Source of the DNA: Gammaproteobacteria bacterium
GTDB lineage: Bacteria; Pseudomonadota; Gammaproteobacteria; Eutrophobiales; Eutrophobiaceae
Direction: 5' to 3'
DNA: 64,000 bases
NCBI GenBank assembly: GCA_963422205.2
Contig: CAXMWX010000009.1
Location: 224,001 to 288,000, forward strand
Each line of letters opens with the position of its first letter. The first letter of the stretch is position 1. A program made the position numbers and the translations under genes. The notes under the pieces are model-generated. The model did no database searches. It worked only from the letters and a program-made list of their open reading frames with translations, and was not told where the DNA came from. Positions 40,825-50,147 of this stretch are shown piece after piece.

Positions 40825-41181
40825 TTAAGATACTTGGAAGCGCTTACCTGGATTAGGAGGATCGCGAGGAGTACAGGATTTCCAGCTTTGCTCACCTGAG
40901 CTCGGCCGGGGGATGTCAAAAGAGATGCGTTTGTTGCGTTGGGCTTGGGAGTCGAATGGATGAAATAAGGCGACAGGATCATCGGAATCAATGGCGCCAT
41001 TGTCAACATCATGTTCCTCAAGTTTGGGTGACGGTAACAGGCAAAATACGCAGGAGTGCTGCTGATGATCCTGGTCTTTATCATCATGGGCATGTACTGC
41101 AGATGTCGTTTGCAGAGGCACAAAAGCCTGAAGCAAAAACAGGCAAATGCTGGTCAAGCATAGTTTTCTTTTGTCATTCAT
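40825..41181 (-). CDS. DUF2946-like leader protein (signal, His-rich, CxxC, RDPP)
   Basis: Hydrophobic N-terminus, HAHDDKDQDHQQHSCVFC and near-terminal PRDPP. Lies directly upstream of the TonB receptor. Confidence 0.6.
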   Translation of the reverse strand: MNDKRKLCLTSICLFLLQAFVPLQTTSAVHAHDDKDQDHQQHSCVFCLLPSPKLEEHDVDNGAIDSDDPVALFHPFDSQAQRNKRISFDIPRPSSGEQSWKSCTPRDPPNPGKRFQVS

Positions 41182-41326
41182 TAGAGTATGACAGCGACTT
41201 TTATTTCTTCGCTGTTATTCAGGACGTGGTTTAAACCTGTCGTTTTTCCCGCACCAGGAAAACCGGATATGACGGTTGCAGGCAGCGTGTTTTCAATCAT
41301 CGTTTTCCATTGAATCTGAAATAGGA

Positions 41327-41342
41327 TTGTTATATTATAACG
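41327..41342. promoter_or_regulatory. Zur-box-like palindrome
   Basis: TTGTTATATTATAACG versus the proteobacterial Zur core TGTTATAnTATAACA. Upstream of the leader-TonB-ABC operon. Confidence 0.7.
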
Positions 41343-41434
41343 TAAATTCAACGCAGATTCAATACCGCATACACCTTACCACTACGCTAAACCCGCCTGG
41401 ATACATTCACGTAAATCCAGGACAGCCCCAGAAT

Positions 41435-42631
41435 TTACGTATGAGCCGTAGCTGCCACGCCATCTTCAACCAACCGTGTGATATCCGCCTCCGTGTAGCC
41501 AGCCTGCTTGAGAATATCGACCGTATCTTCGCCGGCATGCGGGATATCATGATGCAGACCCGGGCGGCCTGCATTCATCTCCAGCGGGAGTGCGGGCAGC
41601 CTGGTATCCTTGCCACCGGGAATGGTGACAGCCAACAGACCGCCGGAGTGATTTAAGTGGGGATCATCAAACAAGTCTTCCGGCCTGCCAATGCCCGCAA
41701 ACGGCAAGCCGCTGGACTCCAGCTTCTCCATCAATTCCGCCCTGGTAAATTGTCGAAACACATCCCGTACCACCGGGATAATCTCATCACGGCGCTTAAC
41801 GCGATGGCTATTCGTTGCCAGACTGTCATCTTCGGCAAAGGCCGACAAGGCAAAATCGGCACAGAATTTTTGCCACTGGGTATCGCTGACGACCGCAACA
41901 AACACCTGCTCTTCGTCCCTGGTCGCAAAAATATCGTAGATCGCCCATGCGGAAATCCGCACAGGCATCGGTTTGGCCGGCTCACCTGTGACGGCATATT
42001 GCGCCATGTGCTGGCCTACCAGAAAGGCGGTGCTTTCAAACAGCGAACTGGTCAGCCTCTGACCCTTGCCGCTGCGATGGCGTTGTTCCAGCGCAGACAA
42101 AACACCAATCACGCCAAACATGCCGCCAACGACATCAATCACAGAAGCACCAGCACGCAGGGGCCTGCCCGGCGGGCCGGTCATGTAGGCTAACCCCCCC
42201 ATCATCTGGGTGACTTCGTCCAGGGCGGTGCGCTGCTCATAGGGGCCGGCCAAAAAGCCCTTGGCTGAACAGTAGATCAACCCGGGGTTATCAATCGCCA
42301 ACTGCTCATAGGCAAAACCCAGCTTGTCCATGCTGCCGGGGCGGAAGTTTTCAATCAGCACATCAGCATTTGCAATCAGGCGTTTGGCGACTTCCCTGCC
42401 TTCACATGATTTCAGATCGAGGCAGATGCTTTTTTTATTGCGGTTATACATGGGGAAATAGCCCGCCCCGGAACCGCGCAGGTTACGGGTTTTATCACCG
42501 CCAATAGGCTCTACCTTGATCACCTCAGCACCCAGATCGCCCAGTATGACACCCGCAGTCGGGCCCATCACCATGTGGGTAAACTCGATAACTTTGATGC
42601 CGGACAAGGGCAGGTTGTTCTCTTCACTCAT
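41435..42631 (-). CDS. CaiB/BaiF family III CoA-transferase
   Basis: DLGAEVIKVEP, NRNKKS, ADVLIENFRPG. Confidence 0.9.
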   Translation of the reverse strand: MSEENNLPLSGIKVIEFTHMVMGPTAGVILGDLGAEVIKVEPIGGDKTRNLRGSGAGYFPMYNRNKKSICLDLKSCEGREVAKRLIANADVLIENFRPGSMDKLGFAYEQLAIDNPGLIYCSAKGFLAGPYEQRTALDEVTQMMGGLAYMTGPPGRPLRAGASVIDVVGGMFGVIGVLSALEQRHRSGKGQRLTSSLFESTAFLVGQHMAQYAVTGEPAKPMPVRISAWAIYDIFATRDEEQVFVAVVSDTQWQKFCADFALSAFAEDDSLATNSHRVKRRDEIIPVVRDVFRQFTRAELMEKLESSGLPFAGIGRPEDLFDDPHLNHSGGLLAVTIPGGKDTRLPALPLEMNAGRPGLHHDIPHAGEDTVDILKQAGYTEADITRLVEDGVAATAHT

Positions 42632-42675
42632 CGCCACGACTCTGTCCTGAAAAAATCTTAAATTACTATTATCAT

Positions 42676-42694
42676 TATATTATTATATCATTAT
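42676..42694. promoter_or_regulatory. AT-rich operator candidate (site 3) in a divergent promoter
   Basis: Reverse complement ATAATGATATAATAATATA. Confidence 0.45.
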
Positions 42695-42752
42695 GGTTTG
42701 CATTGATGCGAATTTAACTCCTTGAAACAACAGACGTGCTTTTGCCGACATA

Positions 42753-43682
42753 ATGAATGAAATTGATATATTGATCAGCGAGGTAGGCCCAAGAGATGGC
42801 TTGCAAAACGTGAAATCCCTCATGCCTACCGAGGCGAAAAAACGCTGGATCAGCGCCGCTGCCGAGGCAGGCATCAGAGAGATCGAGGTCGGCTCTTTTG
42901 TCCCGCCCAGACTGCTGCCGCAGCTTGCCGATACGCCGGCAGTCATCGCCCATGCCGTGACCCTGCCAACGCTGACGGTGGCTGCCCTCATACCCAACCT
43001 CAAGGGGGCAGAGAACGCCGTGCAAACCGGCGTGCATAAATTGTCCATACCCCTGTCTGTGAGCGAGACGCACAGCCTGAAAAATGTGAAAAAAGACCAT
43101 GCGGGCATGCTGGATGAGATCAAAAAAATTACCGGCTTGCTCGCTTCCCTGCCAGCAGAGCAGCGTCCGCATCTGGAGGGCAGCCTGTCAACGGCCTTCG
43201 GCTGTACGCTGGAAGGGCCTGTGCCCGAAGATAAAGTCGTAGCCATGGCGGAGAGACTGATGCAGACAGGGTGTGATGAGGTGGGATTATCAGATACCAC
43301 GGGCTATGCCAATCCGGTGCAGATAAAGCGCCTGATCAGGCAGGTCAGGGCGGCGGTTGGTGATGACAAGCTGACGGGGGTACATCTGCATAACACCCGA
43401 GGTCTGGGGCTGGCCAATGTCCTTGCTGCCCTGGAAGAAGGCATTACCACCGTTGACAGCTCTCTGGGCGGGCTTGGAGGCTGCCCCTTTGCGCCCGGTG
43501 CCAGCGGGAATATTGTGACTGAAGATCTCGCCTTTATGCTGGAAGCGATGGGATACAGAACGGGTATTGATTTAGAAAAACTGTTGCAGCTAAGGCAGAT
43601 CGTCCAGGATGCCCTGCCCGAAGAAGAACTGTACGGCTTCACGGCGGATGCCGGACTTCCCAAAGGATTTGTGCAACAGTAG
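42753..43682 (+). CDS. HMG-CoA lyase family protein
   Basis: EVGPRDGLQ, DTTG.ANP, HLHNTRG, GGLGGCPFAPGASGN..TED. Confidence 0.9.
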   Translation: MNEIDILISEVGPRDGLQNVKSLMPTEAKKRWISAAAEAGIREIEVGSFVPPRLLPQLADTPAVIAHAVTLPTLTVAALIPNLKGAENAVQTGVHKLSIPLSVSETHSLKNVKKDHAGMLDEIKKITGLLASLPAEQRPHLEGSLSTAFGCTLEGPVPEDKVVAMAERLMQTGCDEVGLSDTTGYANPVQIKRLIRQVRAAVGDDKLTGVHLHNTRGLGLANVLAALEEGITTVDSSLGGLGGCPFAPGASGNIVTEDLAFMLEAMGYRTGIDLEKLLQLRQIVQDALPEEELYGFTADAGLPKGFVQQ

Positions 43683-43726
43683 CCGGTGAATGTACAACGT
43701 ATAATTCGCGGTTATTTTTCCGCTTA

Positions 43727-44974
43727 TCAATCTTTAACAGGCCCGATACGGGGAATAAAAAGATTGATACTCCACGCCGCCAGGATCTGCAAAAGCGGCA
43801 CAAGGATAAAAACCGGGGTATAAGACCAGTTATCGACCATCCAGCCCACCATCGGCGAGAATAACATGGCCCCGAGGCTGCCCGCCGCCCCGAACAGGCC
43901 CCAGGCCGTTGCCACCTGGCCGGGCGGATAAATGTCAGCAGGCAGGGCAAACAGGACAGCCGCTTTCACTTGAATGGCAAACATCGCCAGTGCTATCAGG
44001 CCGATGGCAGTATAAGCGGAATCGGCCATGACCACCGGCATACTGGCCGATACCAGTAAAGCGCCCGCCCAAATTACTGTTTTTCTGGCCAGGTTCAATG
44101 AGATTCCCGCCCTCATCAGGCGCGCACTGAGCCAGCCGCCAGCCAGACTGCCCAGGTCGGCGGCCAAAAAAGGAAACCATGCCGTCATGGCGATCTGGGT
44201 GATATCAAAGCCGCGGGTGCTGGCAAGATAGGCGGGCAGCCAGAAAACAAAAAAGTAAAACGGCCCATCACCCAGAAAGCGTGACAACAACAAGCCCTGC
44301 ATGTGCCGTTGCCTTATCAAGGCCGCCCAGTTGACTGTGGCAGGGCCTGACTCCTGGATGCGATTCTTGAGTATCAGTTGCCGTTCTTCCGCTTGAATCC
44401 ACCGGTGTTGCTCTGGCAGATCGTAATACCACAGCCATAAAGCCAGCCAGATGAAACCAAAGGCCCCCGGAATAATAAAAGCCCATTGCCATCCCAGCGT
44501 AACGATGATTAATCCTATCAACGGCGGGGCGATGATGGCGCCAAGACCGGGGCCTACCATTAATATGCCAACAGCAATAGAACGGTCCTGTTCTGGAAAC
44601 CACTCGGCAATCGCCTTCAGGGCCGCAGGAAAATTGGCCGCTTCCGTGAAGCCTAAAAAAATCCGGCACACAAAAAACCCGCCCACTCCTCTCGCCGCGG
44701 CATGCAGCATCCCGGCCAGGCTCCACAATACCACCGCCAGAGAAAATGCCCGCTTACTGCCAAATCGATCAATCAGCGGCCCGGACAAAAACTGACCTAA
44801 AGCATAGGCAAACAAAAAGCCGGAGGTGATCCAGCCATATTCGGTGTTGGAGATACTGAAATTCTCCATTAACAGGGGGGCTGTGACCGACAACGCCTGA
44901 CGATCCACATAGTTAATCGTGGTTACCAGACAGAGGATAATGGCGATATGCCAGCGCAGATGCGGCAGTTGCAT
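43727..44974 (-). CDS. MFS transporter (ACS/ExuT-like anion symporter)
   Basis: INYVDRQALS, DRFGSK, EAANFPAALKAIAEWFP. Confidence 0.88.
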   Translation of the reverse strand: MQLPHLRWHIAIILCLVTTINYVDRQALSVTAPLLMENFSISNTEYGWITSGFLFAYALGQFLSGPLIDRFGSKRAFSLAVVLWSLAGMLHAAARGVGGFFVCRIFLGFTEAANFPAALKAIAEWFPEQDRSIAVGILMVGPGLGAIIAPPLIGLIIVTLGWQWAFIIPGAFGFIWLALWLWYYDLPEQHRWIQAEERQLILKNRIQESGPATVNWAALIRQRHMQGLLLSRFLGDGPFYFFVFWLPAYLASTRGFDITQIAMTAWFPFLAADLGSLAGGWLSARLMRAGISLNLARKTVIWAGALLVSASMPVVMADSAYTAIGLIALAMFAIQVKAAVLFALPADIYPPGQVATAWGLFGAAGSLGAMLFSPMVGWMVDNWSYTPVFILVPLLQILAAWSINLFIPRIGPVKD

Positions 44975-45084
44975 GAGAGATATTAAGAGCAATAAATGAA
45001 GACAGCTTACGTTAAAAGCCGCTACTTAAAAACCCGTTGATATAAAAGCCGCGCTGAATCCTTACGGCTGCTTCAACTTCAACC

Positions 45085-45978
45085 TCACTCGACTGGACTC
45101 ACCAATAGCTCGATCAGCTCATTCGCCGGGCCGATGAGTGTTGCAGATTGTCGTCCGGCATAAGGCATATCCCTGCAACAGATCAGCTTCTCCGCAATGG
45201 CCTGATTGATTTTTTCGATGTTCTTAATCTCAAAAGAAACCATGGCAATACCCGGCGGCAGATGGCCAGGTAAACAATGACGCCCCATCGCTTCGGGCGG
45301 CATCTGATCAACCTCGATATAACATTGCCCGCCAAGCGGGATGACCGAGAGCGGATACAGCGTATCCTCTGGCTTGTTAAAGGCATCGGATAACACGGTA
45401 ATCCTGACATCGGCGTCCGGCAAAGCGGTCACGGTAAACTGCTGCTGATAAAAAGACTTGATTGCCGTCAAAGATCGCCCCCCCAGAATCATGATAAAAG
45501 GATGACCGACAAAGGCCGTGGCCATCGGCAAATCGAAACCCGGCACCGCCGCCTTCACCTGCGTGAGATACAGCACTTCATGGCTGGGGCCAATCACCTG
45601 CATGGCACGTATATCATCTGAAAACGACAGGTTGGCCGGCTGGCCAATAATGCGAAACGGCGAATCAGATAATCGCTTCGCCAGGGCATCCACATCGGTC
45701 ACGATGATCTCAATGGCATTCCAGCCATAACACTTCAACGGCCTGTATTCAGGCTGTTCCGATGCACCAACAAAACGGAGACAGGATTCATGACCACTGG
45801 CAGGTGCAAGCAACACGTAATCATTACCGGCAACTGCTGGCGCGCGCCAGGAATCTGCCAATGCCACAGATACCTCACCCCTGCCAACCAACTGGTAGTC
45901 GAGATAGTCACAATAAGCACGTTCACAAGCGGTTATCGATGGTGTTGTTATCGTGATTGTATTAATTCGTCCCGGCAT
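45085..45978 (-). CDS. Uncharacterised protein with VOC/glyoxalase-like repeats
   Basis: GWNAIEIIVTDVDAL, IRAMQVIGPSHEVLYLTQ, IGPANELIEL suggest VOC modules. Start trimmed to MPGRIN. Confidence 0.6.
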   Translation of the reverse strand: MPGRINTITITTPSITACERAYCDYLDYQLVGRGEVSVALADSWRAPAVAGNDYVLLAPASGHESCLRFVGASEQPEYRPLKCYGWNAIEIIVTDVDALAKRLSDSPFRIIGQPANLSFSDDIRAMQVIGPSHEVLYLTQVKAAVPGFDLPMATAFVGHPFIMILGGRSLTAIKSFYQQQFTVTALPDADVRITVLSDAFNKPEDTLYPLSVIPLGGQCYIEVDQMPPEAMGRHCLPGHLPPGIAMVSFEIKNIEKINQAIAEKLICCRDMPYAGRQSATLIGPANELIELLVSPVE

Positions 45979-46179
45979 GTTGACTGGTTTTTCTATCGGG
46001 TAAGCGCCGTATGATATAGCCAAAAAATCTGCAGAGAAAATGAATTCTCTGGCAGACTCACACAATATTTTCTTACGATTTGTGAGGCGTCGGTAACGAG
46101 ACCGCCGCAAACTAAAAATGCAATTTTGATTTCAGTAGTACATACTGCACCATCGGTGACTGACATATAAGAGAAAAAA

Positions 46180-47049
46180 ATGAACGCAGGCAAACCACTC
46201 AAGGCCATTGATGCGGTTGTCAATATCTGGACTGAGGAAGCACTTGCCCAGCGCCCCGGCTGGGGGGATGAATTTTTCGTTGGCAAAATGAAGGCCAAAG
46301 GCGGACTCATGGCTGGCCTCACCCTGGAGCAGATGATCGAGCGCATGGAATCTGCCAACATCGAACATGCCTTTTTGATTGCAGCGAAATCAGGCCGACC
46401 CGGCCTGCCCGGCTGTTATCACATGCCCGCTCAAGTGATCGCCAATGCGGTAGCACAACACCCGGATAAATTTTCCGGCCTGATTGGAATCGATCCCTTC
46501 ATGGGGATGGAGGGTGTAAGGCAGCTTGAGGCAGCCGTAGGGGATCTGGGGTTTATCGGCGCACACGTGTATCCTCACTGGTTTGAGCTGGCGCCGGATC
46601 ACGCCAGGTACTATCCCTTCTATGCAAAATGTTGTGAGCTGGATATCCCAATCCAGATGCAGGTGGGGCAATCCATGATCTACGCAAGGGATTTTCCCTG
46701 CCGCAGCGTTGGTCGGCCCATCAGCCTGGACGCCGTTGCCTGTGACTTTCCCGAGTTAAAACTCATTGGCATTCATGTGGGGATCCCCTGGGCCGAGGAG
46801 ATGATTGCCATGGCCTGGAAACATGAACAGGTTTACATTGGTGCCGATGCCCATAGCCCAAAATACTGGCCGGAGAGTTTCGTCAAATACATCAACAGCT
46901 ACGGCCAGGACAAGGTGATCTTCGGCACCGATTTCCCCGTGCTGGATTTCAAGCGTACCATGGATGAGATTATGTCGCTTAACCTTAAATCCGAGGTGTT
47001 GCCAAAATTCTTACGAGAAAATGTGCGCCGCATCTATAACCTGAAATAG
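46180..47049 (+). CDS. Amidohydrolase-2 family protein
   Basis: YYPFYAKCCELDIP, DFPELKLIGIHVGIPW, KVIFGTDFP. Confidence 0.88.
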   Translation: MNAGKPLKAIDAVVNIWTEEALAQRPGWGDEFFVGKMKAKGGLMAGLTLEQMIERMESANIEHAFLIAAKSGRPGLPGCYHMPAQVIANAVAQHPDKFSGLIGIDPFMGMEGVRQLEAAVGDLGFIGAHVYPHWFELAPDHARYYPFYAKCCELDIPIQMQVGQSMIYARDFPCRSVGRPISLDAVACDFPELKLIGIHVGIPWAEEMIAMAWKHEQVYIGADAHSPKYWPESFVKYINSYGQDKVIFGTDFPVLDFKRTMDEIMSLNLKSEVLPKFLRENVRRIYNLK

Positions 47050-47057
47050 TTTTTTTT

Positions 47058-48518
47058 ATGAATCTGTGCTCCATACTTGCCTGCCATGCCGTTGGCCGGG
47101 CTGACAAAACCGCGATTGAGTTTAACCAGCAGCGTATTTCCTACGCTGATCTGTGGCAACAGGTAGAAGCCTGTGCAGGTTATCTGTACACACAGGGCGT
47201 GCGGGCAGGCGATCGAATCGGGCTGGCCTTAAAGGAACACCCGGCCCACTTAATACTGCACTATGCCCTGCCTCGCCTTGGTGCTGTCATCCTGCCCATC
47301 GATCACCGCTGGACTGCCAGTGAAAAACAGGCCGCCGCAAAGGCATTCGATGCCAGGCTGCTCATCACAGAAGCCGATGCAGAGCCCCTGGATGCCGTGA
47401 AAACAATCATATTGCATGATGACTGGCGAGACACACAGCCCCGTGAACTGCCCGACATGCCCGACATGCCGGATAAATGCAATATGCCCTTGCTGATTTC
47501 ACTATCATCGGGAACCACCGGCCGACCCAAAGGTGCATTGGTCACTCACGAGCAAATGTATGCCCGTTTTATCAGCCAGTGGGTCACCATGGGTTTTCAT
47601 GCCGGCGATCGATTCCTCGCAGTCACGCCTTTGTTTTTCGGTGCGGGGCGCTCTTTTGGCATGTGTTTTCTGGCGGCGGGAGCGACGGTTATTCTTGATC
47701 CTCCACCCCATAAACCGGAACAGCTGGCAGCGGCTATCAACAACAGCCAGGCATCGGTTACGTTCCTGGTCCCCACCCTGCTGCTGCGCCTGCTGCCTCT
47801 GGCCGATAAACATACCCCCCTACTGCCGGGACTTCAGTGTCTACTGGTCAGTGGTGCCATCCTCTATCCAGCAGAAGCTAAGGAAATCCGGCAGCGGATA
47901 AGCCCGAATCTTACCGGCTATTATGCATCGAGTGAAGGTGGCGGCATTGCCGTACTCAGCGCCGATGAGTTCAGTGACTACGCCGATACCGTCGGCCGCC
48001 CTGCATTCAGAACGGAAGTGCAGATTGTTGATGGCGATGGCAATCACGTTAAAGCAGGTGACACCGGCCGCTTGCGCTACCGCGGCCCGGCCATCGCCAG
48101 GCAGTTTCTTGACAGCGATGGTCATGAACAGGCAGCTGAAGTGGGAGGCTGGTTTTATCCAGGCGATCTTGCCTCGCTGACCTCAACTGGCCATATCATG
48201 CTGCGTGGCCGAGATAAAGATGTGATTAATCGCGGTGGCGTTAATATTTATCCTGCGGAAATTGAAGCGGTACTTATGAGATATGATGCGGTTTCAGAGG
48301 TGGCTGTAGTAGGCAGAAAATCCGCCGAGTTGGGAGAGGATGTGATTGCCTATGTGGCTTCAGCCGATCCTGCCATCGGCGATCTGCTAAAAGCCTATTG
48401 CCGCACCCATCTTGCACCTTACAAGGTACCAAGCCAGTTTATATTACTTGATCAGTTGCCCAAAAAGGCATCAGGAAAGATCAACAAGCAGGCGCTTTTA
48501 GAGCAGTCACGGCCTTAA
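47058..48518 (+). CDS. Class I adenylate-forming enzyme (acyl-CoA ligase)
   Basis: LSSGTTGRPKG, YASSEGG, PGDLA, GRDKDVINRGGVNIYPAEIE, LPKKASGK. Confidence 0.88.
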   Translation: MNLCSILACHAVGRADKTAIEFNQQRISYADLWQQVEACAGYLYTQGVRAGDRIGLALKEHPAHLILHYALPRLGAVILPIDHRWTASEKQAAAKAFDARLLITEADAEPLDAVKTIILHDDWRDTQPRELPDMPDMPDKCNMPLLISLSSGTTGRPKGALVTHEQMYARFISQWVTMGFHAGDRFLAVTPLFFGAGRSFGMCFLAAGATVILDPPPHKPEQLAAAINNSQASVTFLVPTLLLRLLPLADKHTPLLPGLQCLLVSGAILYPAEAKEIRQRISPNLTGYYASSEGGGIAVLSADEFSDYADTVGRPAFRTEVQIVDGDGNHVKAGDTGRLRYRGPAIARQFLDSDGHEQAAEVGGWFYPGDLASLTSTGHIMLRGRDKDVINRGGVNIYPAEIEAVLMRYDAVSEVAVVGRKSAELGEDVIAYVASADPAIGDLLKAYCRTHLAPYKVPSQFILLDQLPKKASGKINKQALLEQSRP

Positions 48519-48626
48519 CAAGCCGATTTTTCTGACCAGCCCATAAGGCTCAACCGGTGTTCTCAGCACCGACCTGTCTGATTGCATTCGAACATGGCAA
48601 AGCCGTTACTGGCCTGGCAGAACATG

Positions 48627-49347
48627 CTAGAAGCCGGCGATGACCGTCACGCCACACAGCAGGATAAGCCCGCCCGCCAGGGCATGTGAATACTGATACA
48701 GACAGGGCGCCTTGATCCTGTGCGCCCCATAAAAACATACGCAGACGGCGGCTGCCATCGTGATTAAGGTGGCGAGCACAAACACCGATGTGACAAACGC
48801 CAGGGCGATGTAATTCTGCTGCCCTGCCGGATACATAAGCACTGGAATCAGCGCTTCGCAAGGACCGAAAATAAAAATAATAAACAACCACCAGATGCTC
48901 ACAGGGGCCTTGTCCTCTTTGAGGTGCACGTGAGCATGTGCATGATGATGCCTGTGCGGATGGCTGATGCACTGTACCATCGGCATGGGCATGGACGTGG
49001 GTATGGGCCCGGTTTTTATAGGCGATACGCAGGCCATAGACAAAATATGCCATACCGAAAGCCAGCAGCAGGTATGAGGCGATATCGCCATGCCGGGCCT
49101 CGATCGTCTCCATTAACGCAAGGGCATGACCCAGGGCAATGCCTGTCGTGCCCAGCAACACAGAACCCACCGTGTGTCCGAGTCCGCATACCATGGTCAC
49201 CGCCAGGGTGCGTCGCAGCGTCCAGCCTCTCGCCCTGGCCAGGGCAACAAAGGGAATATAGTGATCAGGGCCAATCAGGGTATGCAGCACACCGATACCC
49301 AGCGCGGTGATGGCCAGCACCTGGATTTCAGGGGTCAACCAGTACAT
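48627..49347 (-). pseudogene. His-rich Ni/Co permease (UreH/NiCoT-like), 1-nt frameshift near 48966
   Basis: The first frame has LHTLIGPDHYIPF, GLGHTVGS and HTHVHAHADG. The second frame continues HPHRHHHAHAHVH...IFGPCEALIP. Confidence 0.75.
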
Positions 49348-49445
49348 GGATAAAACAAACGCGATCCGAAGGCGATTTGAAAGTTATCATGTTAGTATAT
49401 CATCTGTCTTTTTGAGCACGTCTTGATACCTGTCCGGCCATATCC

Positions 49446-50114
49446 ATGATCGATATTCTGCTGCTGAAATTCTTCCACCTGCTGTGTTTTGTCTACTGGC
49501 TGGGTGCTGATTTGGGCGTGTTCTATTCCAGCAACTATCTGATCAAAAAAGATATTTCCGTGGAGTCCCGGCGAATTGCCGCCAGGATCATGTCCTGGCT
49601 TGATCAGGTTCCCCGTATCAGCATGGCCCTGATGCTGCCCACGGGAATCCACTTATCTGCCGCCATGGGCTACATCACGCTATCTACCACCGGCCGCATT
49701 CTGCTCTGGCTGATCTGCCTGGCCTGGCTGGCAAACATTATCATCTTATATGTACTTAACAAGCAATCGCTTAAGCACCGCATGGAGGCCATCGACTTCT
49801 GCTTCCGTATATTTTTGGTACTCGGTCTGGGGGGGATTTCGATTTATGCTTTGCTGACAGATCGATTGATCCCGCCAGACTGGCTGGCCGTCAAGCTGCT
49901 GATATTTGCCTTGCTGGTGGCCTGTGGCCTGGCCATTCGAATCTTTATACGGCCTTTTACTGTTGCATTTGCGAACATGGTCAGGGAAGGCCGGACCGAT
50001 GCGGGTGATGTTATCATGGCCAACAGCATAAGACGCTGCCGTTATGTGGTCATCGGGCTATGGCTTGGTCTGCTTGTGAATGCGGCCATCGGGATACATC
50101 TGATTAATGTTTAA
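49446..50114 (+). CDS. Uncharacterised integral membrane protein (paralog of 28332..29015)
   Basis: FHLLCFVYWLGADLGVF, LPTGIH and about 6 TM segments. Confidence 0.75.
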   Translation: MIDILLLKFFHLLCFVYWLGADLGVFYSSNYLIKKDISVESRRIAARIMSWLDQVPRISMALMLPTGIHLSAAMGYITLSTTGRILLWLICLAWLANIIILYVLNKQSLKHRMEAIDFCFRIFLVLGLGGISIYALLTDRLIPPDWLAVKLLIFALLVACGLAIRIFIRPFTVAFANMVREGRTDAGDVIMANSIRRCRYVVIGLWLGLLVNAAIGIHLINV

Positions 50115-50147
50115 GGCCGCCATTTGAACAATATCAGGAAGCACGAT

